Assembly (NCBI GenBank): GCA_036677445.1
Contig: JAVBWI010000026.1
Span: 271 to 64,270, forward strand
Direction of reading: 5' to 3'
DNA length: 64,000 nt
Origin: Clostridia bacterium
GTDB taxonomy: Bacteria > Bacillota > Clostridia > Christensenellales > CAG-138
Below the pieces are notes generated by a model. The model ran no database searches and had not been told where the DNA came from. It saw nothing but the letters and a program-made list of their open reading frames with translations. Of this stretch, positions 8,828 to 17,391 are shown piece by piece. How positions within the stretch are numbered: the stretch's first letter is position 1; each line of letters opens with the position of its first letter. Both the position numbers and the translations under genes were made by a program.

Positions 8828-9467
8828 GCATATCCTCTTCGTTGTTGACGTCCGTAAAGGCCTCCGGAACCTTGCCCACGATAATGTGCTCGGCTACGGG
8901 CACATCCACCTGTGAAGCGACGACACACGTGCTGCCGGGCAATACTACGGCGAATTGAACCTCCAACCGCAGCACAACCCGGTGAAGAGTCTGGTTGATG
9001 CCTGCCGTGCGGAACTCGCTTGAGAATGCGGTGCGCACATTGCTTTCAGGGTGGAATGTCATATGCAGCATCGGCCCTGTTCCGGAAAACAACGGGATAC
9101 CCGTCGCGGTACCCATAGGGATATCGATGCCCTGCTTCCCGATGGATGCTACGCGCGATTGGGCGGCCTGTGCGCAGCGTGATGCAAACAGGTTAAGCGC
9201 ACGGTTATTGAGCTCGATATAATAAACCTGATCCTGCGTTTGCAGTATGTCGACGAACTCTGTGGAGGTCTCATCCGCCGCAAGGCATTCCAATACGGCG
9301 GCATACATCGCGTCGGAAGCCGCGGATTGCACGCGAATCTCCGCAAGGCGCGCCAGCGCGGGCTGCAGCTGCGCATTGATGAACGCGTACGCCAACGCAA
9401 GCAGCAGTATGACCGCGCCCAGTATGACATAGATCTTCCGCCGCCGCGGCCGCTTTCGAAGCTCCAT
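8793..9467 (-). CDS. yunB: sporulation protein YunB
   Basis: Start chosen at MELRKRPRRRK (9467). An N-terminal TM helix is followed by a YunB-like core (IDIPMGTATGIPLFSGTGP...INQTLHRVVL). The 3' end overlaps the convergent EamA gene by 35 nt. Confidence 0.78.
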   Translation of the reverse strand: MELRKRPRRRKIYVILGAVILLLALAYAFINAQLQPALARLAEIRVQSAASDAMYAAVLECLAADETSTEFVDILQTQDQVYYIELNNRALNLFASRCAQAAQSRVASIGKQGIDIPMGTATGIPLFSGTGPMLHMTFHPESNVRTAFSSEFRTAGINQTLHRVVLRLEVQFAVVLPGSTCVVASQVDVPVAEHIIVGKVPEAFTDVNNEEDMLNLVPNSPNSW

Positions 9468-9659
9468 GCGCCTGCCTCCCCATAGCAGTATATGCCGTGC
9501 ATAGGTAAGGTGTGAGAGGAAACGCAAGGCCAAAGAAGTTATTTTTGTAAGGCAGACCCAGGCCGAGCCGGAATGCGCAGGGAAACTTGGGCTTGCGGGG
9601 CAGAGAAATTTGGACTTGCATTCAACCGGATTTTGCGGTAATATAATATACGCGTCTAA

Positions 9660-9736
9660 GGGGATGTAGCCCAGCAGGTTAGAGCGCTTCGCTCACATCG
9701 AAGAGGTCGGGGGTTCGAGCCCCTCCATCCCCACCA
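9660..9736 (+). tRNA. tRNA-Val (anticodon CAC), CCA encoded
   Basis: Cloverleaf built by hand. Acceptor GGGGATG/CATCCCC, anticodon stem CTTCG/CGAAG with loop CTCACAT, T-arm GGGGG-TTCGAGC-CCCTC. There is one C-A mismatch in the D-stem. A TTGCAT-17-TAATAT promoter-like match lies at 9616-9644. Confidence 0.85.
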
Positions 9737-9918
9737 TACAAAGGCCGCCCAAAAGGCGGTCTTTTTGTATGGTGCGATATTTCAAAGGGGCTCGAAGCCG
9801 CGTTAAGAAATCGCTCCAGTGGAGCGATTTTAGCGGCCGCGAAGCGCAGCCGACCAAAGCTGCGAGCGGTGTGAGCGAGCAGCGGGAGGCAAGCGGAGGA
9901 GCCTCTCCATCCCCACCA
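9717..9918. repeat. 162-nt hairpin-rich insert bracketed by a 20-nt duplication of the tRNA-Val 3' end
   Basis: GAGCCCCTCCATCCCCACCA (9717-9736, the tRNA 3' end) recurs as GAGCCTCTCCATCCCCACCA (9899-9918), 19/20 identical. The interior starts with the A-tract/stem/T-tract hairpin 9736-9770 and contains the GAAATCGCTCC-AGT-GGAGCGATTT hairpin. Confidence 0.8.
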
Positions 9919-9936
9919 AAATTTTAGGTAGTTATA

Positions 9937-9966
9937 GATGCCATGCGGTGAAACCCGCATGGCATC
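9937..9966 (+). terminator. intrinsic terminator candidate downstream of the tRNA locus
   Basis: 12-bp perfect stem GATGCCATGCGG / CCGCATGGCATC with a 6-nt loop, followed by ACCTTTTC. Confidence 0.55.
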
Positions 9967-10080
9967 ACCTTTTCGGGATTTTTATCCTCGTTTTTTTGTC
10001 CCTTAGTTTCATAGATGACATCGGGCTTTTTCGGCTGACGTACGGGAGTTGAACCATCGTAAACGACTGATTCGGTTAAC

Positions 10081-11220
10081 TCAATTCTCCACGCCGATCT
10101 GAACGCTCACCCCATTGACTTCCACGCCCGCATCCGCAGGAATCAGGATATACCTGCTTCCGTCGATCACCCGCGTTTCGATGAGGTCGCTCCGCTCCGG
10201 ATCAACCTTGATCACCACATCCGGTGTGCGGATCACAAACTGCTTTTTGTCGATGACGTTGGCGGGCGGAAGCTGCGCATCCGAACCAAACTGCGCGTCA
10301 AAGGCAGTGACAAAGGCCTGAACATGCGCTTCGGATACGCCGCATTCCTGCAGCACCGCGCCGATTTCCTTTTGCGATAGCAGCAACTGTTCTTGTTCCT
10401 TGCTTTCCTTGTGTCGGTCTATCATTTCGCTCAGATGCTCATGGACAGCCTGCACCACCGTGAGGCTGCAATCCTCCTTGAGCGTTTCTGTCAGTATAGC
10501 TTGGAAAGTCTCTTTCTGTGCCGCGGCGGGCATGGGCGGCTCTACATGGAATACCGTATCGATAAATTCCTGGTGGTTCTCCACGGCGTTCTTCATATAG
10601 TACAACGCGCCGTAAATGTTGGCGGCCCTGTCATCGAAGGCCGGAAATAGGAAGCCCAGTTCCGGAGCGGATACCACATAGCCCTGCGAGGTGGTGTGGA
10701 AGCGGTTCTCCGCCAGTTGATAACTTAGTTCCGCCGGGGTTTGTTTCACCGGGCATATGCTGCAAAGGATGTAGCTGAATTCCTCGCCGGAAGCCTCCTT
10801 CTGGATCTCGCCGTCCTTGGCTCTGTAGGGCACGGTATATACGTCGTGAGTCAGCAGGATGAGATAGTTGCTTTCCATTTTAAGCGCTTCAATGATCCGC
10901 TGATAGAAAGTTTGCAGCATATCCGAATTCTTTAGCCCGGTCTGACGGAGCATGGACAGAAGCTTATGCTCGTCGCTATCCATCACCTGTTTGGCGCTGA
11001 ACTCTATATTGACGAGATTCTTTCCGAGGGAACCAGACAAAGACTTCTTCAAAAGGGAAAGAAAGCGTTCTGACTCCTCCTGCGGGATGCTGGAAAGGAA
11101 TTCTTCAAACGTAGCGACAATTTTTCTGTCCTCATTGACATAACAACCGTATACGTTACCGATCATGCTTTTATCCGGCCTGAAACGGCGCCGGATCTCC
11201 CGTATCTCTTTCTCGTTCAT
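10081..11220 (-). CDS. DUF4317 family protein
   Basis: Start at MNEKEIREIRRRFRPDK (11220) follows GTGAGG. The N-terminal motif and the length (379 aa) match my recollection of clostridial DUF4317 proteins. Confidence 0.72.
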   Translation of the reverse strand: MNEKEIREIRRRFRPDKSMIGNVYGCYVNEDRKIVATFEEFLSSIPQEESERFLSLLKKSLSGSLGKNLVNIEFSAKQVMDSDEHKLLSMLRQTGLKNSDMLQTFYQRIIEALKMESNYLILLTHDVYTVPYRAKDGEIQKEASGEEFSYILCSICPVKQTPAELSYQLAENRFHTTSQGYVVSAPELGFLFPAFDDRAANIYGALYYMKNAVENHQEFIDTVFHVEPPMPAAAQKETFQAILTETLKEDCSLTVVQAVHEHLSEMIDRHKESKEQEQLLLSQKEIGAVLQECGVSEAHVQAFVTAFDAQFGSDAQLPPANVIDKKQFVIRTPDVVIKVDPERSDLIETRVIDGSRYILIPADAGVEVNGVSVQIGVEN

Positions 11221-11378
11221 GCCTAACCTCACTGTTCATGATATAAGGAAGTGCCGCCACAAAAAGCGGCAGCAGTATGAATTATATCATGCCGGAAGCG
11301 ATGTTGTCTTGCTTTGGTTTTCAGGATAGAATAAGAGCGTGCTCACGCCGAGTAGAGTTTTGGGAGGGGGCGGAAAGG

Positions 11379-12331
11379 ATGCCGGAACGGGCATACCTTT
11401 GCATCGATCTAAAGAGCTTTTACGCCTCCGTCGAATGTGTCGAGAGAGGTCTGGACCCGTTTGCGACCAACCTTGTCGTCGCTGATCCGGCCCGCGGAAG
11501 CGGGGCCATTTGCCTGGCCATTACACCTGCCATGAAAGCGCTGGGTATCCCCAACCGCTGCCGTATTTTTGAGATCCCTAAGAATGTGGAATATATCACC
11601 GCCCTCCCGCACATGAGGCGCTATATGGAGGTTTCCGCGGATATCTACTCCGTTTATCTCAAATTTATCAGTCCTGAGGACATTCATGTCTATTCCATCG
11701 ACGAGTGCTTTCTGGACGTGACCACCTACCTGGGGCTCTATTATAAAACACCCAGGGAGATGGCGGTCATGCTAATGGATACCGTTTTACGGGAAACCGG
11801 CATCTGTGCATCGGTGGGCATCGGCCCCAACCTGTTCCTTGCAAAGGTCGCATTGGACATTACGGCCAAGCACGCTACGGATACATCGGCATTTTAGATG
11901 TGGAGGAATTCAAGCGCACCATCTGGTGCCACAGACCTATCACCGACATCTGGAATATAGGCAAAGGCATTGTCAAAAGGCTGGAGAAGTACGGTGTATA
12001 TGACTTATATGGAGTAACCCAACTGGGCGAACGGCTGCTTTATAAGGAATTCGGTGTGAACGCGGAATACCTCATCGACTATGCCCGCGGCGTCGAGCCC
12101 TGCACCATCAAGGAGATCCGCGAATATAAGTCCAAGAGAAACTCCCTCTCCAACAACCAGATTCTTTTTGAGGACTATTCCTCCGATGACGCCTTCCTGT
12201 TCCTGAAAGAGATGGTGGATATAATGGTGCTGGAACTGGTGGAGAAGCAGCTGGTGACCAACTCGATCTCCCTCTCGGTCGGCTATTCCAAAGAGGCATC
12301 TCCAATACTTCTGCGGATACCGGGAATATGA
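11379..12331 (+). pseudogene. Y-family DNA polymerase (DinB/UmuC/ImpB-like), frameshifted and 3'-truncated
   Basis: The N-terminus MPERAYLCIDLKSFYASVEC is the Y-family palm motif. Reading stops at 11897 and resumes one frame over (..GYIGILDVEEFKRTIW..), which implies a 1-nt indel near 11875-11885. The little-finger region is cut off at about 12300 by a transposase fragment. Confidence 0.8.
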
Positions 12332-12464
12332 CGGCAGCAAGCCACCCTTCGACCCGTCGTTGATGGTGTACTTTCGTAAGCGGTTAACACCGGAGATTTT
12401 AGGCGAAATCAATGAGATGATCATCGCCAAGGCTCAGAAACCCAGCGAGAGGAAAAGAAAGTAG
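12324..12464 (+). mobile_element. transposase N-terminal fragment (DUF772-type, IS5/IS1182-like)
   Basis: A 46-codon frame reads EYDGSKPPFDPSLMVYFRKRLTPEILGEINEMII..., a motif I associate with DUF772 transposase N-domains. There is no DDE domain, and it abuts the truncated polymerase gene. Confidence 0.5.
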
Positions 12465-12527
12465 CTTGCCATTGTATCAATGACAAGCTACTTAGGTGGA
12501 CCTGGTAGGGGATTCGCTTGCTCCATG

Positions 12528-13205
12528 CTACCTTAAAACAAGCTTACACCGTACTAACAGCCTGCGGTTGCCGTGGCTGGAGCATGTAAGCAGCGTTAAT
12601 GCGGTTTGACCCTCATATTCATTAAGCGCTTCCGCATTATCCGGTTTTACCACCTGCGTTTCATAGACCTCATAGCGGTAGGCTTTACCGTTCGGCGCGT
12701 CGAGTATGACCGAATCGCCTTCTTTCAGCTCATCCAGTTTTCCGAAATGCGCTCCATTGGCGTAGTTGTGGCCGGTTATTACCATATTTCCGGTTTCACC
12801 CGGTATAGATCCCTGATACCAGCATACGGATACTTCCAAGGCCTTCTGCTCTGTATGCGAGATGACGGGCAGCTCAACGCCAATTTTTTGTATGGTCAGC
12901 TTACCGATAACTTGATAACCCGAAAGAGTTTGTATGGCTTCAATGACGTCCGCTGGTTCCGCGTCCGCATTCTCCGGTTGTATATACCCCCCCGCAGCAG
13001 CCGTTAAGACGGGAAAAGCAATCCGCTCATATTGGGCCAGGAGCTTTTGTGCTTCCCGCCGGGCGGCTTCGCCCTCGTTATAAATAGAGGCGCCCACAAC
13101 AACTGCCGCAATCAGCAACAGGCCTGACAGGCATCCCAGCGCCAGATAAAGCGGCCTGTGGTTTACCCGCTTCACGACGGGCAGGCGCGCTTTGAATCCG
13201 TACAT
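12528..13205 (-). CDS. sortase (TLxTC transpeptidase, N-terminal membrane anchor)
   Basis: Start at MYGFK (13205). A TM helix is followed by the sortase fold motifs ITGHNY, LTLLTCSS and a downstream Arg. It lies immediately downstream of an LPSTG substrate gene. Confidence 0.85.
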   Translation of the reverse strand: MYGFKARLPVVKRVNHRPLYLALGCLSGLLLIAAVVVGASIYNEGEAARREAQKLLAQYERIAFPVLTAAAGGYIQPENADAEPADVIEAIQTLSGYQVIGKLTIQKIGVELPVISHTEQKALEVSVCWYQGSIPGETGNMVITGHNYANGAHFGKLDELKEGDSVILDAPNGKAYRYEVYETQVVKPDNAEALNEYEGQTALTLLTCSSHGNRRLLVRCKLVLR

Positions 13206-13245
13206 TCTTTTCACAATTCTGCCCTTGCTTGCGCGAAACCTTCGC

Positions 13246-14940
13246 CTAAACACACGTTTTTCTCCGCTTGTGGATGTTGAGTACCAGGAACAATCCTCCG
13301 GCGCATGCTGACAGCGCAAGCAACCAGATCGCGGGCGTAAAGTCCTGCCCGGTGGACGGTAACTCCGCCCTGGAGACCATGACGTCAACATAAGCCGACT
13401 GCCGCCCGACCGTATAGGTCACACGCGCCATGCCCTCTTTCAGGCCGGTAAACGTCTCCCCGCTGCGGGAAAAATGTTCCTCATCATACTGCCAGGTTCC
13501 ACCCGGGATATTCGGAGTTATTGTGACGCGCCCTCCTGTGTAGATTTTTCCGTCCGAGGGCGACATGGATAATACAAGAGCAGGTGACGACGTCTGCTCG
13601 GATGTAGGCGGAGTCTGCGTCGGCTCCGGCCCTATCCACTTCGCGTACAGCGTCATATTGGCCATAACGATATCGTTTGCGAGATCCCAGGGGAGTGTAC
13701 ATTCCTTGTCCCTGTACCAGCCGCCGAAGGTATGTCCAGCGCGGGTGGGCGGTTCGGGCGGCATTTCAATAACCCCGCCCAATTCCACGTTCATGCTGGC
13801 GGGTGTGGCCTCCGTATCCCCGTCGTTTTTATCGAAGATAACGGTACAGGGGGAGAAGAACGCCATAAGGGGATAATACCCTGAACCGGGGGTTATTGGA
13901 TACTCTGCCTCGGTAAAACCTCCCCCCGGGCCCATCCAGCCGACGAATGTTGCGCCGTCATTGGGCGTTGCCACGGCATACCCCCCTTCGTCGACGGACA
14001 ATCCGACAGTTCCGTTTCCATTAGACCATATCTCTATATTAGACCCGTTTATACTCGCTTTGATCAGGGTCAGCCGGTTGTCATTGCAGTAAAGAAACTG
14101 CAATGCCGTATTCGCGCTTACGTCCAACTCCGTCAGGTCGTTGGCGGAGCAGTCAAGCTCAAGCAGTGCAGGATTTGCGCCGACATCCAGCGTCGTCAGG
14201 TCGTTGTGGGAACAATCGAGCGCTTCCAAAGCCGTCAAGGCCCTTACGTCCAACGAAGCCAGCAGGTTGTGTTCGCAGTTCAGGTAAACCAAAGCCGTAT
14301 TTGCGCCTACATTCAGGGCAGATAGTTGGTTGTCACCACAAGAAAGAGAGGTCAGCGCCGTATTTGCACCTACATCCAGCGACGTCAACTGATTGTTGTC
14401 GCAGTACAAATAAACCAAAGCTGTACTTGCGCTTACATCCAGTGACGTCAGTTGGTTGGTATGGCAGTGCAGTTCAGTCAGCGCCGCATCCGCGCTGATG
14501 TCCAGCGATGTTAACTGATTATTGCTGCAGTCCAATCGAGTCAAAACCGGATTATCGCTTGCATCCAGGGAAACAAGCCCGCATCCGTCACAGAGCAGTT
14601 CAGTCAAGGCTGAAAACCCGCTGACATCCAGTGAACCGGCAAGGCCGAGGCCGCGCCACGAACCGCTGGCATTGACCGTCATGACGCGCTTCGGGGTGTC
14701 GTTGTTCCATTCAACCCCTATCCACGTCGCGGGATCGGCTGGGTTATAGGCTGTTATATTAATGCGCTGCCCGTTTGTCTGGCCCGCTATCTCCGAGGGC
14801 TGGTTAAGAAACGCCTGCAGCTTATAGAAATCATTATCATCATATTCGGTGCCGCCTATATCCACCGCGTATGCCGTAATGGACAGCGTCCCGAACACCA
14901 TGATGATTGATAAAATGAATACTAACAGCTTCCGTTTCAT
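13246..14940 (-). CDS. LPXTG-anchored leucine-rich-repeat surface protein
   Basis: Signal peptide, then about ten 22-aa LRR units (LTSLDVSANTAL..L.C..NQL). A Listeria-Bacteroides (Flg_new) repeat (GHTFGGWYRDKECTLPW) follows. The C-terminus has LPSTG, a hydrophobic helix and a KRRK tail. Confidence 0.88.
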   Translation of the reverse strand: MKRKLLVFILSIIMVFGTLSITAYAVDIGGTEYDDNDFYKLQAFLNQPSEIAGQTNGQRINITAYNPADPATWIGVEWNNDTPKRVMTVNASGSWRGLGLAGSLDVSGFSALTELLCDGCGLVSLDASDNPVLTRLDCSNNQLTSLDISADAALTELHCHTNQLTSLDVSASTALVYLYCDNNQLTSLDVGANTALTSLSCGDNQLSALNVGANTALVYLNCEHNLLASLDVRALTALEALDCSHNDLTTLDVGANPALLELDCSANDLTELDVSANTALQFLYCNDNRLTLIKASINGSNIEIWSNGNGTVGLSVDEGGYAVATPNDGATFVGWMGPGGGFTEAEYPITPGSGYYPLMAFFSPCTVIFDKNDGDTEATPASMNVELGGVIEMPPEPPTRAGHTFGGWYRDKECTLPWDLANDIVMANMTLYAKWIGPEPTQTPPTSEQTSSPALVLSMSPSDGKIYTGGRVTITPNIPGGTWQYDEEHFSRSGETFTGLKEGMARVTYTVGRQSAYVDVMVSRAELPSTGQDFTPAIWLLALSACAGGLFLVLNIHKRRKTCV

Positions 14941-15055
14941 TGATTTAGCCTCCTGAATCAGTTAGCATACATTTTATCTTTTTTTCAAAAAAGCTTCATT
15001 GACGATCTTGTGATTTGACTAATAAAATAAAAAAATCTTTCAATATTTAAAAAAA

Positions 15056-15973
15056 TCAGATGTTTGTATAGGGTGCCAGATAAGCAAGCGCATCGGAAAG
15101 ATCATGATATTGGGCCTGTAAAGCCAGGGTCTTCCCATCTGTGCGATACATTTTCCGAAACTGCGAGGGCGTGTATTGATGGTTTAGTTTAAAATGCTTT
15201 ATGAGGTATTTTGGATCGGAGAACCCACATTCACCAGAAATCTCAGTAACCGGCTTATCGGTGCTTAGTAACAGCCTTGCCGCGTGTTCGCATCGGCTGT
15301 AATGCAATAATTCCTGGAATGTCTGATTGAATTTTTTCTTAATGTCGTGAGACAGATGGCACAATGTAACATCGGCTTCCTCCGCCATCTCCCAAAACGC
15401 GGGTTTTCCGGCAGGATGGCTGAGTATGTGCTCATACATCTTTTTGAGTCTTACCACCTGCTTTTTATCAAATTCTTCAATTCCGGCTCCCCAGCGAAGG
15501 TAATCAAAGCTGGTTATCATATAAGAAAGCATCTCTTTGAGACATTCTTTTATATCTTTTTCAGCGTCTTTGTAAGGCTTTTTGCTTAATTGGTCAATCA
15601 ATCGCGCAATATGTCCCTTCATTTTATGATACTTCTCCGGCGCTTCGGCCTCGTGATAGGGTGAGCAGCAGTAGATGAAGGCATATTTGTAATCCGGATC
15701 AATCCGTTCACAAAAGGCTGAATCGATCTGGATCAACAATAGTTTGTTGTCCTCACTGCATGTATCGATACGGTGTATCTCGTCAATATTGATGATAGCG
15801 ATATCGTTCTCTTTTAACAGGTGTGTTTCCGACCCCATTCCGACAGTTACCCGGCCCTCCAATACAAAAACAATTTCCAGAGCGTCATGCCAGTGCAAGG
15901 GATATTGGCCGATATTCATAACCGAAGCTTTAACCGGCATATCATTTTCAAATTGAATGATTTCAGGACGCAT
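15056..15973 (-). CDS. AraC-family transcriptional regulator (cupin N-domain + HTH)
   Basis: 305 aa. The N-terminal cupin-like sensor has HWHD. The C-terminus has the AraC dual-HTH domain (FSDPKYLIKHFK..YTPSQFRK). Confidence 0.85.
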   Translation of the reverse strand: MRPEIIQFENDMPVKASVMNIGQYPLHWHDALEIVFVLEGRVTVGMGSETHLLKENDIAIINIDEIHRIDTCSEDNKLLLIQIDSAFCERIDPDYKYAFIYCCSPYHEAEAPEKYHKMKGHIARLIDQLSKKPYKDAEKDIKECLKEMLSYMITSFDYLRWGAGIEEFDKKQVVRLKKMYEHILSHPAGKPAFWEMAEEADVTLCHLSHDIKKKFNQTFQELLHYSRCEHAARLLLSTDKPVTEISGECGFSDPKYLIKHFKLNHQYTPSQFRKMYRTDGKTLALQAQYHDLSDALAYLAPYTNI

Positions 15974-16003
15974 AACTTGACCATAAACCTCGCTTATCGT
16001 ATG

Positions 16004-16330
16004 CTATCGCGTCACCCCGCTGAGGTTCAGCATCACAACGCCCGCAATTATCATTGCTATTGCAGCGATTTTAACGGGGGGCATTTGTTCTTTGAATAAC
16101 AGATATCCGATGATTGCGATGGATACCGTGCCAATCCCGGACCAAATTGCATAAGCCACGCCAACATCGATCTTTTTTAATGCCAGCGTAAAGAAAGGCA
16201 GCGTAAGAATATAAAAAACTGCCATAAGAATGGACGGGACAAGTTTGGTAAACCCGTTGGAAACTTTCATCATTACGGTCCCCATTATCTCACACCCTAT
16301 GGCAAGCAGCAAGAAAATCCAATATATCAT
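16004..16330 (-). CDS. SMR-family small multidrug/quaternary-cation exporter
   Basis: 108 aa from the ATG at 16330, with four TM helices and the conserved membrane Glu (CEIMGT). The track's TTG at 16348 is an alternative start. Confidence 0.85.
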   Translation of the reverse strand: MIYWIFLLLAIGCEIMGTVMMKVSNGFTKLVPSILMAVFYILTLPFFTLALKKIDVGVAYAIWSGIGTVSIAIIGYLLFKEQMPPVKIAAIAMIIAGVVMLNLSGVTR

Positions 16331-16399
16331 TTCAACACCATTCGACAAGTCAAAGCATTTTATGCCAGATTTTACGCAACTTCTCCCTTAACACTATAC

Positions 16400-16545
16400 C
16401 ATGATAATAAAGTCTGCTCAAGTCCGGCAGGGGAGTCCCCACTGACGGCTCTACGCGGCTTCGACTCCCTTACCCGGCAGGGAAGTCTCCGCTTAGCCTC
16501 CCACAGCTTGCGACGGCCCGCAGGCCTAGAGTCTGTTTTAAAACC
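16400..16545. repeat. GC-rich modular intergenic repeat (family B)
   Basis: It shares a 26-mer, GCGACGGCCC(G/A)CAGGCCTAG(A/T)GTC(T/C)G, between 16511-16536 and 37204-37229 (23/26 identical). In inverted orientation it also shares TCGAAGCCGCGT and GGGAGGC(T)AAGCGGAG with 9791-9898. Confidence 0.6.
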
Positions 16546-16587
16546 CAACACTTGAAGAAAAAGTGCGCCAAGGATAGAATGAGAAAC

Positions 16588-17228
16588 ATGAAGCGACATG
16601 AATTAAGCAAAAGACAATGGGATAGTCTCAAAGACCTGTTTCCTCCGGAACGAAAGCCCCAAGGCGGACGTCCGGGAAAAAGTAACCAGGAGATGCTCAA
16701 TGCAATCCTGTATTGGCTGAACACAGGGATTCCGTGGCGAGATCTACCGGAACGCTTCGGCCCTTGGCAAAGTGTATACAGTCGGTTCCGTGCGTGGACG
16801 CTGGCAGGAGTATGGGAAAAGGTGCTTACCGCTTTGATGGGACAGGATATCGTAGAGGAGACAACGTTGATGCTGGACAGCTCTACAATCAAAGTGCATC
16901 AGCATGCCAGCGGTGTAAAAAAGGGCGCTATGACGAGGAAACCGGACGAAGCCGGGGCGGGTTGACGATAAAGGTTCATGCGGTGACAGATGGGCTTGGG
17001 AATCCATTGCGCTTTATGCTCTCCAGCGGTAACCGCAACGACATCTGTATGGCGCAGTCGTTGTTGGAGCCCTTTGATCTGCGAAGAAAACTGATATTGG
17101 CGGACAAGGGTTACGATAGTGACAAATTCGTCCGCTGGATAGAGGATCGGGGTGGCATTGCGGTAATCCATGCCCAGCGCTTTTCCACTCGGTACTATTC
17201 AGACATTCTCGAACAAAGTATAATATAA
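16588..17228 (+). mobile_element. IS5-family (IS427/IS1031-like) transposase remnant, two ORFs with a -1 frameshift site, 3'-truncated
   Basis: OrfA reads MKRHELSKRQWDSLKDLFPPERKPQGGRP...WRDLPERFGPW. The A6G slippery run at 16927-16933 links it to the -1 frame (GRSRGGLTIKVHAVTDGLGNPL, ADKGYDSD). Homology ends at about 17170, before the catalytic Glu region. Confidence 0.8.
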
Positions 17229-17322
17229 TATGAACATATTCATGTTTTGCTTGAACGGGAGATGAGCATGGTGACGATGAGGAAGAAAAGCGTGCGGAAG
17301 CGATTTGAATATATTGCATATC

Positions 17323-17391
17323 AAGAGAAAAATATTAAAGCGGCTGATTGAAAAGGACGCCATGACTCAGGACCTTGCGGACACGCTCTGA
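17323..17391 (+). pseudogene. XRE-type HTH gene fragment
   Basis: The frame KRKILKRLIEKDAMTQDLADTL* looks like the first helices of an XRE/Cro-type HTH, ended by a premature stop. No start codon or RBS. Confidence 0.3.

Noticed and set aside
9679-9960. 93-aa minus-strand ORF
   Set aside because: It overlaps the tRNA-Val gene, its terminator and the repeat insert, so it is not plausible as coding sequence.
16331-16560. Possible guanidine riboswitch upstream of the SMR exporter gene
   Set aside because: SMR/Gdx genes are often controlled by guanidine-I, -II or -III riboswitches, so I read the minus-strand leader for their signatures. I looked for GGUCCGAGAG and ACGGCGGGA...GCCCGGGAGA, for paired ACGR tetraloops, and for CCGGACG...GGUCAGGAC. 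None is present. The GC-rich segment here is instead a repeat shared with 37.2 kb and 9.8 kb.
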